A DNA stretch of 64,000 bases from Dictyostelium discoideum (lineage: Eukaryota), in assembly GCA_000004695.1 (NCBI GenBank), contig CM000151.3, forward strand, positions 1 to 64,000, read 5' to 3'. Below are positions 45,919-58,679 of the stretch, piece by piece (the first letter of the stretch is position 1; each line of letters opens with the position of its first letter). Made by a program: the position numbers and the translations under genes. Below the pieces are notes generated by a model. That model had not been told where the DNA came from and ran no database searches. It saw only the letters and a list, made by a program, of their open reading frames with translations.

Positions 45919-47409
45919 AAAAAAGATTTGTATTTTAATAAATTTTAAAAAAAAAAAAAAAAGAAATTACCATTTTTAGCAGCATTAATTGGTAATGATC
46001 AAACAAAACATATTAGAGGTAATAAAAGATTTGGATTAAAAAATACTCAAGAAAGAGCAATTTATATTGTAAATTTAGTAAAAAATCAAAATTGTTCAGA
46101 TTTAGTTTTAATAAAAGAAGTTTATTTTGTAACACCACAAGGTAAGTTATTATTTATTATTTATTATTTATTATTTATTATTTATTATTTATTATTTATT
46201 ATTAAAAATAAATATTAATAATTATTTATTTATTATTTATTATTTATTTAAAAAGATATTGAAAAAATTAAAAATTCAATAAAAAATTATTCATTAGAAT
46301 CAATCATTGATAAAGATTTTTTAATTGAAGAAAATAGTAAAAGTAAATTTAGAAAATCAATTATATCAAATTTAAATATATTTAATAATCAAAGAAAAGA
46401 GAGTGAAAAGAATTTAGAAGATGTTTTATTTTCAATTAGTGGACATACGAGTAGAATTTATAATTTCTCAAAATTAGTTTACCCACCTCAATATACAACT
46501 CATAGACATTGTTTTGAACCATCAAATGTTTCTTTTGAAAATAGTATTTTACATTTCACAACTACATTATCGTCACATTTATTTGGTCTATTGGTTGAAT
46601 TACCTGATAGAGCAATTACAAAAATCACTGAATTTGTAACTGATAGTAGTATTCAACTTTTAAAATTAGAATATGTACCAGACTATTTAGCATATTCTCA
46701 TCATCAATGTTTTTCAAATCAAGTATCATTCAATCAACGTTTATTTGATTATTGTAAACTTTTAAATTCACTTTCTTATTATTATAGTTTATCAAAAAAT
46801 AATACTTGTTTAATTAATCCAATAACTTTTGATTTTTATAATTTTTATATAATAACGTAATGTATTATTATTTTCAAATTAATTAGTAAAGAGTATAAGT
46901 GATAATTTTTATTAATTTATTTTTAATATATTCTTTATAGAACATGGAATTTTATATTATCAAATTCATTAAAATTTAGTATAAAAATTGAAGAATGGAT
47001 GGTTGATACATTTATTATACAATCATTATTTTTAAAGAATGAAATTAAAATTGAATTTCCATTACAGAATGATATGTTTCAACCATTATATATTGGTGAA
47101 TTCTTTTTAGTTACACTAAGATGGAGTTTAGATTTATCAGATGCAATGGCTTTACCAAAGTATGTTATTTCAAATGGTGGTAATGGGTCAATTCAACCTG
47201 GTCATTTCTTTGAAACCATTTATATTCATCCACTTTGGAGAATGGCAAATTTAAACCGTAAAAATAGTAGTAAATTATTATCATTACAAAATTCAAAACT
47301 TTCAATCACTGATAAATTAAAATGTTTATTTGATCAAGTTTCAAATTTAATTACACCTTTAATTATTAATCAATTTACTTTTATAAAGTCACAATTATGT
47401 TTTCAATAA
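45087..47409 (+). CDS. Asteroid (ASTE1)-like protein with XPG-N/PIN-like domain; join(45087..45177, 45306..45868, 45964..46141, 46256..46856, 46941..47409), ~633 aa
   Basis: N-terminus MGVQGFSTFIKKKTPKVGVIVDLLHESKKKG|DILIGIDGSSFIFYVA.. resembles Asteroid (MGVRGLQGFV..). The later KLPFLAALIGND matches the Asteroid DLPLLACLLGND motif. Four introns (donors GTAAAT/GTTTGT/GTAAGT/GTAATG) with consistent phases. Confidence 0.7.
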
Positions 47410-47596
47410 ATAATATTGTAAAAAAAGAATTAGAAATTAAAATAGGAAAAAAAAAATAAATAGGAAATAAATAAATAAATAAATAAATAAATATATGTAT
47501 ATAAAAAATAAAATAAAAAAATAAAAAAATAAAAAGATTATTAAAAAAATATAATAAAATTATTTATATGTATATATATATAATATTAGAGTTTTT

Positions 47597-48100
47597 TTAT
47601 TTTTTATTTTTTTCTTTGCTTATAGGTTTTTTAGTACCTTGAGATTTTGATGAAATTGGTTTTTTTTTTAAAGCTGAAGATAAATCATCAGATGTATCCA
47701 TTGAAATTGTATTGGTTGGGTTTAAAATAGTTACTTCTTCTTCACTATCACTATCATTATCTTTTTTAACTGGCGCTTTTAAAACTGCTTTAACTGTTGT
47801 TGATGGTTTTTTAGATTTTTGTATTTCTATTTCTTTTTCTTTTTCTATTTTTATTTCTTCTTCTTTTTTAATTTTATCAACTTTCATTGTATTATCATTA
47901 TCCCAAGATGATTTTGAATTATCACCATCAAAATAATTTTTATTATTATTATTTTTTATATTTTTATTATCATTTTCATTTTCATCTTCACTATCTTCAA
48001 AATCAACCTCACAAATTTCATCTTCGCTAAATTTATTTTCACTTTCAGTTTCTTTTATGTTGTTAGAGTTTTTACTATTATTATTATTATTATTATTATA

Positions 48101-48175
<75 letters not shown>

Positions 48176-49269
48176 TAAATTTTTTTCATTATTTTGATTT
48201 TTTGGTTTAATATTTTGAATAATATTAAAAGAATCTTTTTTAATTTCATTTATAATTTGATTTTCAATTGGTCTAGTATGTTCAATCATTTCTAAAGATT
48301 TAACTTTTGAAGCAGTATTTAAACCACTACCATTTCTTTTATTTTGTGAAGATGATCTTAATTTTAAATTTTCATGAATTGATTCTCTAATTTGAAGAGT
48401 GATTTCAGCGGCTTTGATTACAGCTATTTTTGAACATTTTAAAACTTGATCGATTGTAGTTGAAGTACCACCACCTTTTGAAACACCACAAATCTCTTTA
48501 TGAATATTGACAAAGAATGATAATTTACCATCCATAACTGATTCTTCTTTAGTATCAGGATCAACAATCATAATTTCATTTGGAAAGAACCCAAATGTAA
48601 TTGAGATTGGTGTATGATGAATTGATAATGGCACTGGTTCTCTCTCATCCAATGAATGAATGGTTGCATCATTACCAATCACAGTGACATCTGGTTTTCT
48701 AAAATGAATCAATGCTGTCATCACCGATATGGATGCACAATCTAATAAATTACCACAATCATCCAATACATGAATTGCTATCTTTATTGACCACACTTTG
48801 GATCCTGATATAATACATAATGCTTCTGTATCAATTGCTCTACTATCTTTTAATCCTTTTTCAATAATACGTCCTAATTCACTCTCCATTGGATTGGGTT
48901 GATTAACATTAACTGATACACTTGACATTGGTGATATATCTGTATTAAAAATATAAAATCCTTCATTTGGTCTTTCTGGTTTTGGTTCAACTATATCACA
49001 TGTAATTGCTGTAAAAACTCTACATATATTATTATTATTATTATTTTTAAAATTTTATATAAATAAATTAATAAAATAATTTTTATTTTTATTTTTATAA
49101 AAAATACGTACCTTGTTTTTCCTAATTGAACTTCAACTACACCATATGATTTACCAAACTCAATTTTAATTGCTCTCATATCATTAACTCCTCTACCATC
49201 TATTCTTTGAAGCTTTTCAATACTTGATAATACGAAATCTTTTTCATTCTTTGATATAACTTCTTTCAT
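47597..49269 (-). CDS. exosome complex component Rrp42 (EXOSC7-like RNase PH-fold subunit) with long low-complexity C-terminal extension; join(49269..49112, 49019..47597)
   Basis: LSSIEKLQRIDGRGVNDMRAIKIEFGKSYGVVEVQLGKTRVFTAITCDIVEPKPERPNEGFYIFNTDISP parallels the EXOSC7/Rrp42 N-terminal region, including the PNEG motif. Donor AG|GTACGT, acceptor TGTAG|A, phase 2. Confidence 0.75.
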
Positions 49270-49714
49270 TTTAAGATTATTTATTATTTGGTATAAAAAT
49301 AAAAAAAAAATAAAAAAAAAATATGAAAAAAAATAAAAAAAAATAGAAAAATAAAAAAATCGAAAAAAAAAAATTAAAAAAAAAGAATTAAAATTTTTTT
49401 TATTTTTTTTTTTTTTTAAACGTTTAAAAAAAAAAATAAAATATCCATGATTGTAAAAAATTAAAAAGATTTATAAAATATAGTTGTATGATTATAGAAT
49501 TATTTAAATTCCAAATAATATTGTTATTATTATTATTATTATTATTTTTTTTTCTACACTATGATAAATTAACTTTTCCATTTTTTTTTTTTTTTTTTTT
49601 TTTTTTTCAAATAATATTAAAACTAAAATTTAAAACTAATATTACAATTTTATTTATTTTTTAAAATTAAAAATAAACCCCCGAATAAAACTGTGATTGT
49701 GTGTATTTGTTTAG

Positions 49715-49745
<31 letters not shown>

Positions 49746-50400
49746 CTAAAAATCAACTTCACAATTATTGAAACTCTGTGAGTTTGATGATAAACCTGAA
49801 ATAGTTCCGCATTGACTTCTAATAATTTGAGTAATTGTCTGGGATGATTGAATACATCTATTTAAAAATTAAATTAAATTAGGTTTTTTTTTTTTATTTT
49901 TTTATTTTTTTTTTTCACAATTTTTTTTTTTTTTTATAAAATAATAAAACTTACTTTACAGCAACTTCTTTTGAAATCCAATTCATATTTTTTGAGAAAA
50001 CACTTAAGGATATTAAAAATTCTGGTGTTAGAATTAATGATTTGTATCCAGCTGAATAGAAACTTGTTTCAGAATAAACTTTTTGCTTTTCTTGTTTTTC
50101 AAGTAAATAATCTAGTTCATCATCTGATAATTCACCTTTAAATTTTTTTGATGATGACGAATTATTTGAAGATTTTGATGAATAACTTTTTGCTGAAAAA
50201 GTTGGAGATAATAAAAATTCATTTGGTGAAACTTCAACCAATTCTTCTTTTCCATTAAATGATCCTGTAAAAAATGGAGAATTCATTATTTCATTTAAAA
50301 CAATCCATTCTTTTTCATCAACTAAACTATCATTAGATTCACTACTTATTGAATAAATTGATGGTGATTCTTTAACATTATAAAAATCATATTCTTCCAT
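49746..50400 (-). CDS. hypothetical protein; join(50400..49955, 49857..49746), ~186 aa
   Basis: ORF ends ..KEVAV + AA|GTAAGT. The acceptor AAATAG|A restores the frame to ..KCIQSSQTITQIIRSQCGTISGLSSNSQSFNNCEVDF*. Confidence 0.45.
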
Positions 50401-50499
50401 TTATTTTTTTTTTTTTTATTTTTTAAAATAAATTTTTAATAATTGATTTTTAAAATTAAATAATAAATAAATTTTTAAAAAAAAAATAAATAATAAAAA

Positions 50500-50547
<48 letters not shown>

Positions 50548-50560
50548 TTTAAAAATAATG

Positions 50561-50600
<40 letters not shown>

Positions 50601-51144
50601 TGAAAATATAATATTTATTTTTATTTTTATTTTATTATTTTTTTTTTATTAATAATAATGTTAATAGCTAACGAATCGTTTTTAATTATTTGTCCAAATT
50701 GTAAATCGAATAAAAATAAAATTAAAATAAACATAATTTAATTTTCACCACTAAATAAAAAAATAAAATTAAATTTAAAATTAAATAAACATAATTAAAT
50801 TCCCACTTAAGATAAAAAACAAAAATATCACCACTAATTTTATTATTTATTATTTTTTTATTTTTTTTTATTTTTTTTATTTTTTTACAGACTTACTATA
50901 CAAAATCCATTCTAAAAGTTGATGTTTTTATGTTTATTTTAGTGAAAAAAAAATAAAAAAAATTAAAAAAATTAAAATAAAAATAAAAATAAAAAAAAAT
51001 TAAGATATTTAAAAAAATATCTTTGATCAAGCCAAAAACTGTTTTTTTTTTTTTTTTTTAATCCCACCTTGTTTTTTTTTTTAAAAACAAAAAAAATTAA
51101 AAAAAAATTAAAAAAAAATTAAAAATAAACAAAACCACAAATAA

Positions 51145-51276
51145 ATGACACTAAAGAAGTTTCCTAACATATTTAAAGATATAATAAATAATGAATTTGA
51201 ATGTGGAGGTGAAAATGTAATTTTAAATAATAATACAACTAATAATAATTCGAATAATAATAATAATAATAATTCA

Positions 51277-51336
<60 letters not shown>

Positions 51337-52527
51337 TCAAATAATGATAATAATAACAATAATAATAATAATAATAAAAAAAATGGAGAGTTATTTTTAA
51401 AGGTATTTAGAAATAAAATTTTAAGGTCAAAAATATTTTCAGAAGTTTCAAAAGAATTTAAATATGGTATATTTAAATATGAACAAATTAAATCAGTTGA
51501 TTGGATGTTAACAAATGATTATATTGAATTATTAAAATATAAAGTTCAACGTGGTGAACAATTAGTATTTTATTTTGATTGTTATTATAATTCAACAGAA
51601 TTTGAATTATTTAAAAAAATTAATAACGATAAACAATTTTATATTAATTTATTTAAAAACTATCATTTTAATTTTATTCAAAAATCAACATACAGTAATA
51701 ATCAAAATAATCAAAATAATAATCAAAATAATAATCAAAATAATAATCAAAATAATCAAAATAATAATTGTAAAACAACAAAAATAATAATAACAAAAGA
51801 AATTCAAAATTCATCAGAAGTATTAAAATTAAATATTAATTTTATAATTGAAACTGATTGTAAAGTTGCATTAAAAGTATTAATAAATCATTTTAATTAT
51901 GATGTTATGAAAAATGAAAATATTTTATATGATTCAATAAAGAGTTCATCATTTAAAATCATTAAATACCTTTTAAAGTATTATAAATTTAAAGTTGATA
52001 GAAATTTATTATATAGTCAAGTATTAAAAGACAAAACATTTAATTTAAATAAAAAAGTTCAATTCATTATTGATGTTTTAAAAATACCACCACCAATATC
52101 AACTTCACCAGAAATTTTAAATCAATTAAATAATTTCAAATTATTTGAAACTCATTTAAATGATTGTATGTATAATCAATCATTAGAAATTTTAATTGAA
52201 TCATGTAAAACTATTTCAATATTAGAACCAATTTTAAAATTTAATAATAATAATAATAATAAGAAAAAAAAAGAAAAAGAAAAAGATAAAGAAATTATTA
52301 AAACAAATCAATTTATTAAATTAATTGATATTATTAATTTTAAAGAAAATAATATTGAATATTTAAATGAAAAAGTTAAAGATTTTTCAAAAGATATTGA
52401 ATTTGTAAAACAACTTTATAGACAATTTATAACTTTTTCAAAACCAATTAATGTTAGAAAATATTTAAACATGTAAAAGTTTTTATAGATTAAAATATTG
52501 TATTATATTACCNAAAATTTATCAACC

Positions 52528-52559
<32 letters not shown>

Positions 52560-53815
52560 TGATAGAGAATGAAGATTTATTATGGTTATCAAATTATAAT
52601 ATATTTTCATTATCAAATTTATCAAATTTATCAAATACATCATCGTCATCATCATCATCCACAATAAATGAAAAATTAGATTTTGGTTTTAAAGAAATTA
52701 TTGAAAATAATGATAATGAAAAGAATTTAAATTTCTTAAATAAAATTATTAAATTAATTAAATTAAAAAAACAATTTGAAATTTCAAACTTTTTATTCAA
52801 TTTCTTAGCATCAATTGATAATTTAGAATATTTTAAATATTGTTTTAATGAATTAATTAATGATTTTAATTTATTTAATTTATCAAAATTAGATTCAAAT
52901 TCAACTATATTTAAAAGAATTCGAATTATATTTAATTTAAATATTTTTGATTTTATAAAATCAAATGAAATTTTAATATTTATAATTCAATCAATTATAA
53001 ATACATTTCAACAATATCAACAACAACAACAAAAACAAGAACATCAACAAGAACAACAAGAACAACAAGAAGAAGAAGATTATAAAGAATTTAAAGAAAT
53101 TAATAATTATTATTTAGACGATTTCATTGAAATTAGTTTAGAAAAAGGTTATACAAATTTATTAGAAACTTTTAAAAACTATTTCCCAATTGAATTTGAA
53201 ATACATTCAAATAAACCATCACAAAGTTTTTTTAAATTACCATTTAAAAGTTGTAAATTCATTTTGGGTTGTCATAAACAAAGTAATAGTTCAACATTTA
53301 AAAGTTATTTAAAAACTTTGATATTATCTGATAATGTTATTGATAAAATTTCAAAAAATGATTATATTGAATTTATTGTTAATACAAGTTCATCATATGA
53401 CTGTTTTTACGGGTCAATAATTTCATCACATAAATATCATTTATTAAATTGGGTATTTAAAAATAGATTAATCGATATCGAAAGTGGTAGATGTAAATCA
53501 ATTGAAAAATCAAAATTATTAGTCTACTATTTCTATTCAAATCAATGGGATAAATGTATTTCAGAATTTGATTTCTTAAATTGTAGATTACTTTTAAGAG
53601 AAATTGGAAAAATGGATTGTGTTGAATTATTAGATAAAATTTTAAAATATCATTATTCAACTCAATATGATAATTCTTTAAATAATAATAATAATGATCC
53701 GATCACTCTATTAAAAAAAAGAGATTCTTTAAATATTTGTTTTTTCACTGCAACTCATTTTGGTCATATGAAAATTTTAAAACATGTTTTAAAATATAAT
53801 TCAAATTTAATATAA
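51145..53815 (+). CDS. hypothetical protein with C-terminal ankyrin-like repeats; two adjacent ORFs (51145..52476 and ~52470..53815) in +1 frames, probably one gene broken by a base-call error next to the ambiguous n at 52513
   Basis: The second frame is open from immediately after the first ORF's stop. Ankyrin-like ICFFTATHFGHMKILKHVLKYN, and NTLHRAIEMNDIELV just downstream. Confidence 0.45.
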
Positions 53816-53971
53816 AGATCCAATTTTATTTGGTGATAATATTAATATTTATCTTAGTGATAATAATAATTATAAAAATAATACTTTACATCGTGCCATT
53901 GAAATGAATGATATTGAATTAGTTTATGGTTATTTTAAAATTTCATTTTTTTTCTAATCAATGTTCAAACA

Positions 53972-54126
<155 letters not shown>

Positions 54127-54275
54127 CAATAACAATATTATTAATAATAATATTATAAAAGAAGATAAGATATTAATAAAAATAAAAAAAAGAATATATT
54201 TTTAAAAAAAAAAAAAAAAAAAAAATTATTTCTTTATTAAATAATGATTTTATTTTTACAAGATGTTTAATTTTA

Positions 54276-55313
54276 TTAATTTAAATTTAATTTTAAATTT
54301 GTATAGTTTAATAAATTATTAATAATATCTTGCCAATCTAAATAATAATGAATTAATAAGAAATCAAAAGCTTTTTTAGTTGAATTTGATAATTCCTCTT
54401 GAAGTATACTAGTGAAATATTTAATATCAATATTATTTGAATGTAATAGTTGACATTGTTGTTGATACAATTGAATGATTTTATCTTGATTTAAATGAAT
54501 TTCAAAAAATGTGAATGAAATCGACTGAATATGTAAAAGATATTGTTCATTTGCTTTTTTAGTTGAATCTAATGAAGGTTGAATAAAATGACAAGTTTGT
54601 ACATCAATTTTAGTTTTCAATGCTTTCGATTGCAACGATCTCCATTCTTTAATTTCTTTTGATAATGTTTGTTTATTGGTTAACTTTAATTCTAAATCAC
54701 AAAGTTGATTCATAAATCCGTCATTTGGTCTAATCTCTAACCTTTTAGAATGTAAATAAAATAAACAATCTGATAATGAATGAATATCTCTCTTTAATAA
54801 ATATGATAATACAATTGAAGCTGATCTTGATTTACCCGCCATACAATGAATAAATACTCTTGCTCCTTTTTTCATTCTAACCCTTTCTATAAACCAATAC
54901 GCCTTTTCAATTTGTTCGCTAATATCAACTGTTTCATCATCTTCAAATTTTTCATTCGCTATTATATATTTCTCTGGTGAATGAACTGTTCCTGCACAAC
55001 TAAATATATGTGTAATTTTTAATTTTTCCATTTCTTTTTCATCTTTTGTATCTCTTTTTATTTATTATAATTATTTATTTATTATTATTAATATTAAAAA
55101 AAAAATACATTATTATTTTTAATATTAATATTATTGAAAAAAAAAAAATAATATTAATTAATAATAAATGAATAAATTTATAAATTAATGGATATACAAA
55201 AATTAATTAATTTTTTTTTATTTTTTATTACTTTAAAGATCTATACTTATCTATTATACTTACTTTGCTGCGCCAAGATAAAGAAAATTATCTAAAATCA
55301 TTGAAATTCCCAT
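54276..55313 (-). CDS. dual-specificity protein phosphatase; join(55313..55264, 55053..54276)
   Basis: Exon 1 MGISMILDNFLYLGAAK (the DSP ..LYLG.A.. motif). The joined ..KDTKDEKEMEKLKITHIFSCAG.. leads to the catalytic loop VFIHCMAGKSRSASIVLSYLL (HCxxGxxRS). Donor AA|GTAAGT, acceptor AAAAAG|A. Confidence 0.8.
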
Positions 55314-55982
55314 TTTTTTAAAATATTTCCAAAATACCACTAATTTCTGAACGATACTAATAATAATAAAAAAAAAAAAACCACCCCACACCGAGCAAAT
55401 TACTTTGTGTTTTCAAAAAAAATATAAAAAAATATAAAAAAAATAAAAAAAAAATTAAATTTTTCTTTTTTATTTCTTTTTTCTCATCTTTTTCATGAAA
55501 ACCTCCAATTGATTTCAACAAATTCAGATCTATTTTTATATATGTGTAAAAAAAAAATTAAAAAAAAAAAACCCTTTATTATTTGAAATTTACAATGCTT
55601 AAAGGAAAATAAAATAGAATCTTTTAAATTGAAAATGTATTTATAAAGAATTGTAAAAAAAAAAATATATATATACATATTTAGAATATATTAAATAAAA
55701 AAAAATAATAAAAAAAAATAAAAAAAAATCTTTTTATGTGGATATTTCTTTTTTAAAAATTTAAAATTATTATTTAAAGAATTATCACATTGTAAAAAAC
55801 TTCAAACCCAAATTGGGAATTTTTTTTTTTTTTTTTTTATGGCAATGAGAATTAGAAATTAAGATATCAAATCTATTCATTAATAATTATATTTTTTTTT
55901 TAACAAATAAAATAATAAATAAATAATAAATAATAAATAATAAATAATAAATAATAAATAATAAAAAATAATTTTAAAAATA

Positions 55983-56019
<37 letters not shown>

Positions 56020-56090
56020 ATAAATAAAATTTTTATTATATTTTTAGAAAAAAAAAAAATAATAATAATAATAATAACAATAACAATAAC

Positions 56091-56129
<39 letters not shown>

Positions 56130-56248
56130 TATAATAATAATAATAATAATAAATAATAATAATAAATAATAATAATAAATAATAATAATAAATAATAATA
56201 ATAAATAATAATAATAAATAAAAAAAAAATAGATTTAATTTAAAAAGG

Positions 56249-56276
<28 letters not shown>

Positions 56277-56279
<3 letters not shown>

Positions 56280-57041
56280 AAATTAATAATTAAATTAATT
56301 TGTTTTATTACATTATTATTATTAAATAAATCAATTGTTGAATCAAAGTATTATGGAGTTCAACATTTAGAATCATATTATAATATTATAGAAATTGGCA
56401 CAAAAAATTCTATATTCAAATTGGATTATTCACATTATGGTGATATATTAGGTAATAATTTTAAAAGCTTTGAAAAGGTTGTTAGTGGTAATTTTGTTGA
56501 CGGTTATTTTCAAATTGATAAGGTATTCAGACAATTGGTACATCCAGGTAGACAGTTTGATTATTCAATCGATGATAAATTCTATACAATTAGAGAAAAC
56601 ACATCAATTATTGAACAATTAAACTTTGAATTAAATAACAAAGTTATGACAAACGTTGATCAAACCTATTCTGACGAAGTACCAAATTTTCATTCAAGTT
56701 GGCTTTTGAAAAAAGTTTCAGATGGTGAAGCTGTTTTCACAACAATCAATAATTTAATAACTGCATCTCAAGGTATTGTTGAAGCTGATTACATTTGGAT
56801 TAGTACTCCTGACCCAGTTGGTTGTCCTCCAATTAAAGATAAATGTGCTTTCCCTTTCATCCTTACTCCAACCTATACTCGTGATGATAATCGTTGTATT
56901 AAATTCACTGGTTGTGTTAGAATTTTAAAAAATCCTTTATGTATTTTTGATTTAACAAGTTGTCCAGCTTTTTATAAAAAAGTTTCTTTTGCTTCTTCTC
57001 CTGATGCTTGCATTAAAATTTATTGTGATCCAAATTTTTAA
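56277..57041 (+). CDS. hypothetical secreted protein (254 aa) with Cys-rich C-terminus
   Basis: Signal peptide MKLIIKLICFITLLLLNKSIVES. Ten Cys in the last ~90 aa. Confidence 0.5.
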
Positions 57042-57108
57042 AAAATTGAAAAAAAAAAAAAAAAAAAAAAAAACAAAAACAATTAGATTTTTAATAATAT
57101 AAATAATA

Positions 57109-57175
<67 letters not shown>

Positions 57176-57275
57176 ATTGATTTATATTGATTATACTAAA
57201 TAAAAAATTTTTATTATTATATTTTAACTTTTATTGAATTTTTTTTTTTATAACTATTAAAAATTAAAATTCAAA

Positions 57276-57321
<46 letters not shown>

Positions 57322-57582
57322 CAAAAAATGCAAATAATAATTGGAAGTGGTTTCGATCTGGTTGTGAATGGAATGGATTTTTTTTTATATGGCCTTCCAC
57401 TTTTTTTTTTTTTTTTAATTTTTATTTTTTTTTTTTTTTTTTTAATTTTTTTTGGTCGGTTGGGTTTTTTTTTTTTTTAATGAATTTTTTTTTTTTTTTT
57501 TTTTTTTTTTCATTTAAAAAAAAAAAATACTTATTCAAAATATAAAAACAGATACAATAAAAAAAAAATATATAAAGAAATA

Positions 57583-57963
57583 ATGACTTGGCAAGCATAT
57601 ATTGATACTAATCTTATTGGTTCAGGATTTATTTCAGCACAAATTCTTAGTTCAGCAGATGGATCCTCATGGGCAAATTCAAATGGATTTTCAGTTAGCG
57701 CCACTGAAGCCCAACATATCCTTTCTTGTTTTAAAGATTCAAATAAAGCTTCAGCAATGGGTATCACTATCAATAATGTTAAAAACTTTGTATTAAAAGC
57801 TGACGATAAATCCATATACGCAAAGAAAGATGCTGGTGGTGTAGTTTTAGTAAAAACAAATCAAACCATTTTAGTTGCAGTTTATAATAGTAATCTTCAA
57901 CCAGGTGCTGCTGCTAATGCTTGTGAAGCCCTTGGTGATTATTTAAGAGAACAAGGTTTCTAA
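57583..57963 (+). CDS. profilin (126 aa, divergent isoform; possibly profilin III)
   Basis: MTWQAYIDTNLIGSGFISAQILSSADGSSWANSNGF...LGDYLREQGF carries the profilin N-terminal W.AY.D..L motif and the C-terminal ..LGDYL...G[FY]. Intronless. Confidence 0.85.
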   Translation: MTWQAYIDTNLIGSGFISAQILSSADGSSWANSNGFSVSATEAQHILSCFKDSNKASAMGITINNVKNFVLKADDKSIYAKKDAGGVVLVKTNQTILVAVYNSNLQPGAAANACEALGDYLREQGF

Positions 57964-57964
57964 A

Positions 57965-58002
<38 letters not shown>

Positions 58003-58679
58003 GCAACAAAATATATATAAATCAAAAAGCACCCCCTATATGTGTAAATAAAAATACATACCATATGTATAATATCTCCTTCAAAAAAAATAAAAATAAA
58101 AAAAAAAATAAAAATAAAAATAAAAATTAAAAAAAAAAAAAAAAAAAATAATAATTGTAAGCACAAAAAAAAAAAAAAATTTATCTAATCAAATTTCATT
58201 TTTTTATCGTATTTAACGCGAGAATTTTTATATGTAAAAAAAAAAAACAATATTTTCCCACAATTAAAACCGGTTTCCACCTAAATAAAATTAAAAATAA
58301 ATATTTAAACATTTTTTCAAAATTGTGGCATTTTGTTAAAATAAAATAAAGTTTTTTTTTTTTTTTTTTTTTTTAAAATTTGTCAATATCTAAAATGATA
58401 GATTACAGTATAGAAAAAATAATTAAATAAATAATATTTAATATTTAAAATTTTAATAATATTTATTTTGGTTTTTTTTTTTAATTTATTAAAAACTTTA
58501 AAAAAGAAATCTCAAAGGAAATTAAAAAAAATCTAAAAAAGTATGGGTAAATTATTTCTTTTTTTTAGATATATATAAATATATATTTCAAGATTATAGA
58601 AAATTTCGAAAACACTTATTTTTTTTAATTTAAGATTATTTTATTTATACTTTTTTTAATATTTAATATTAATATTTTT

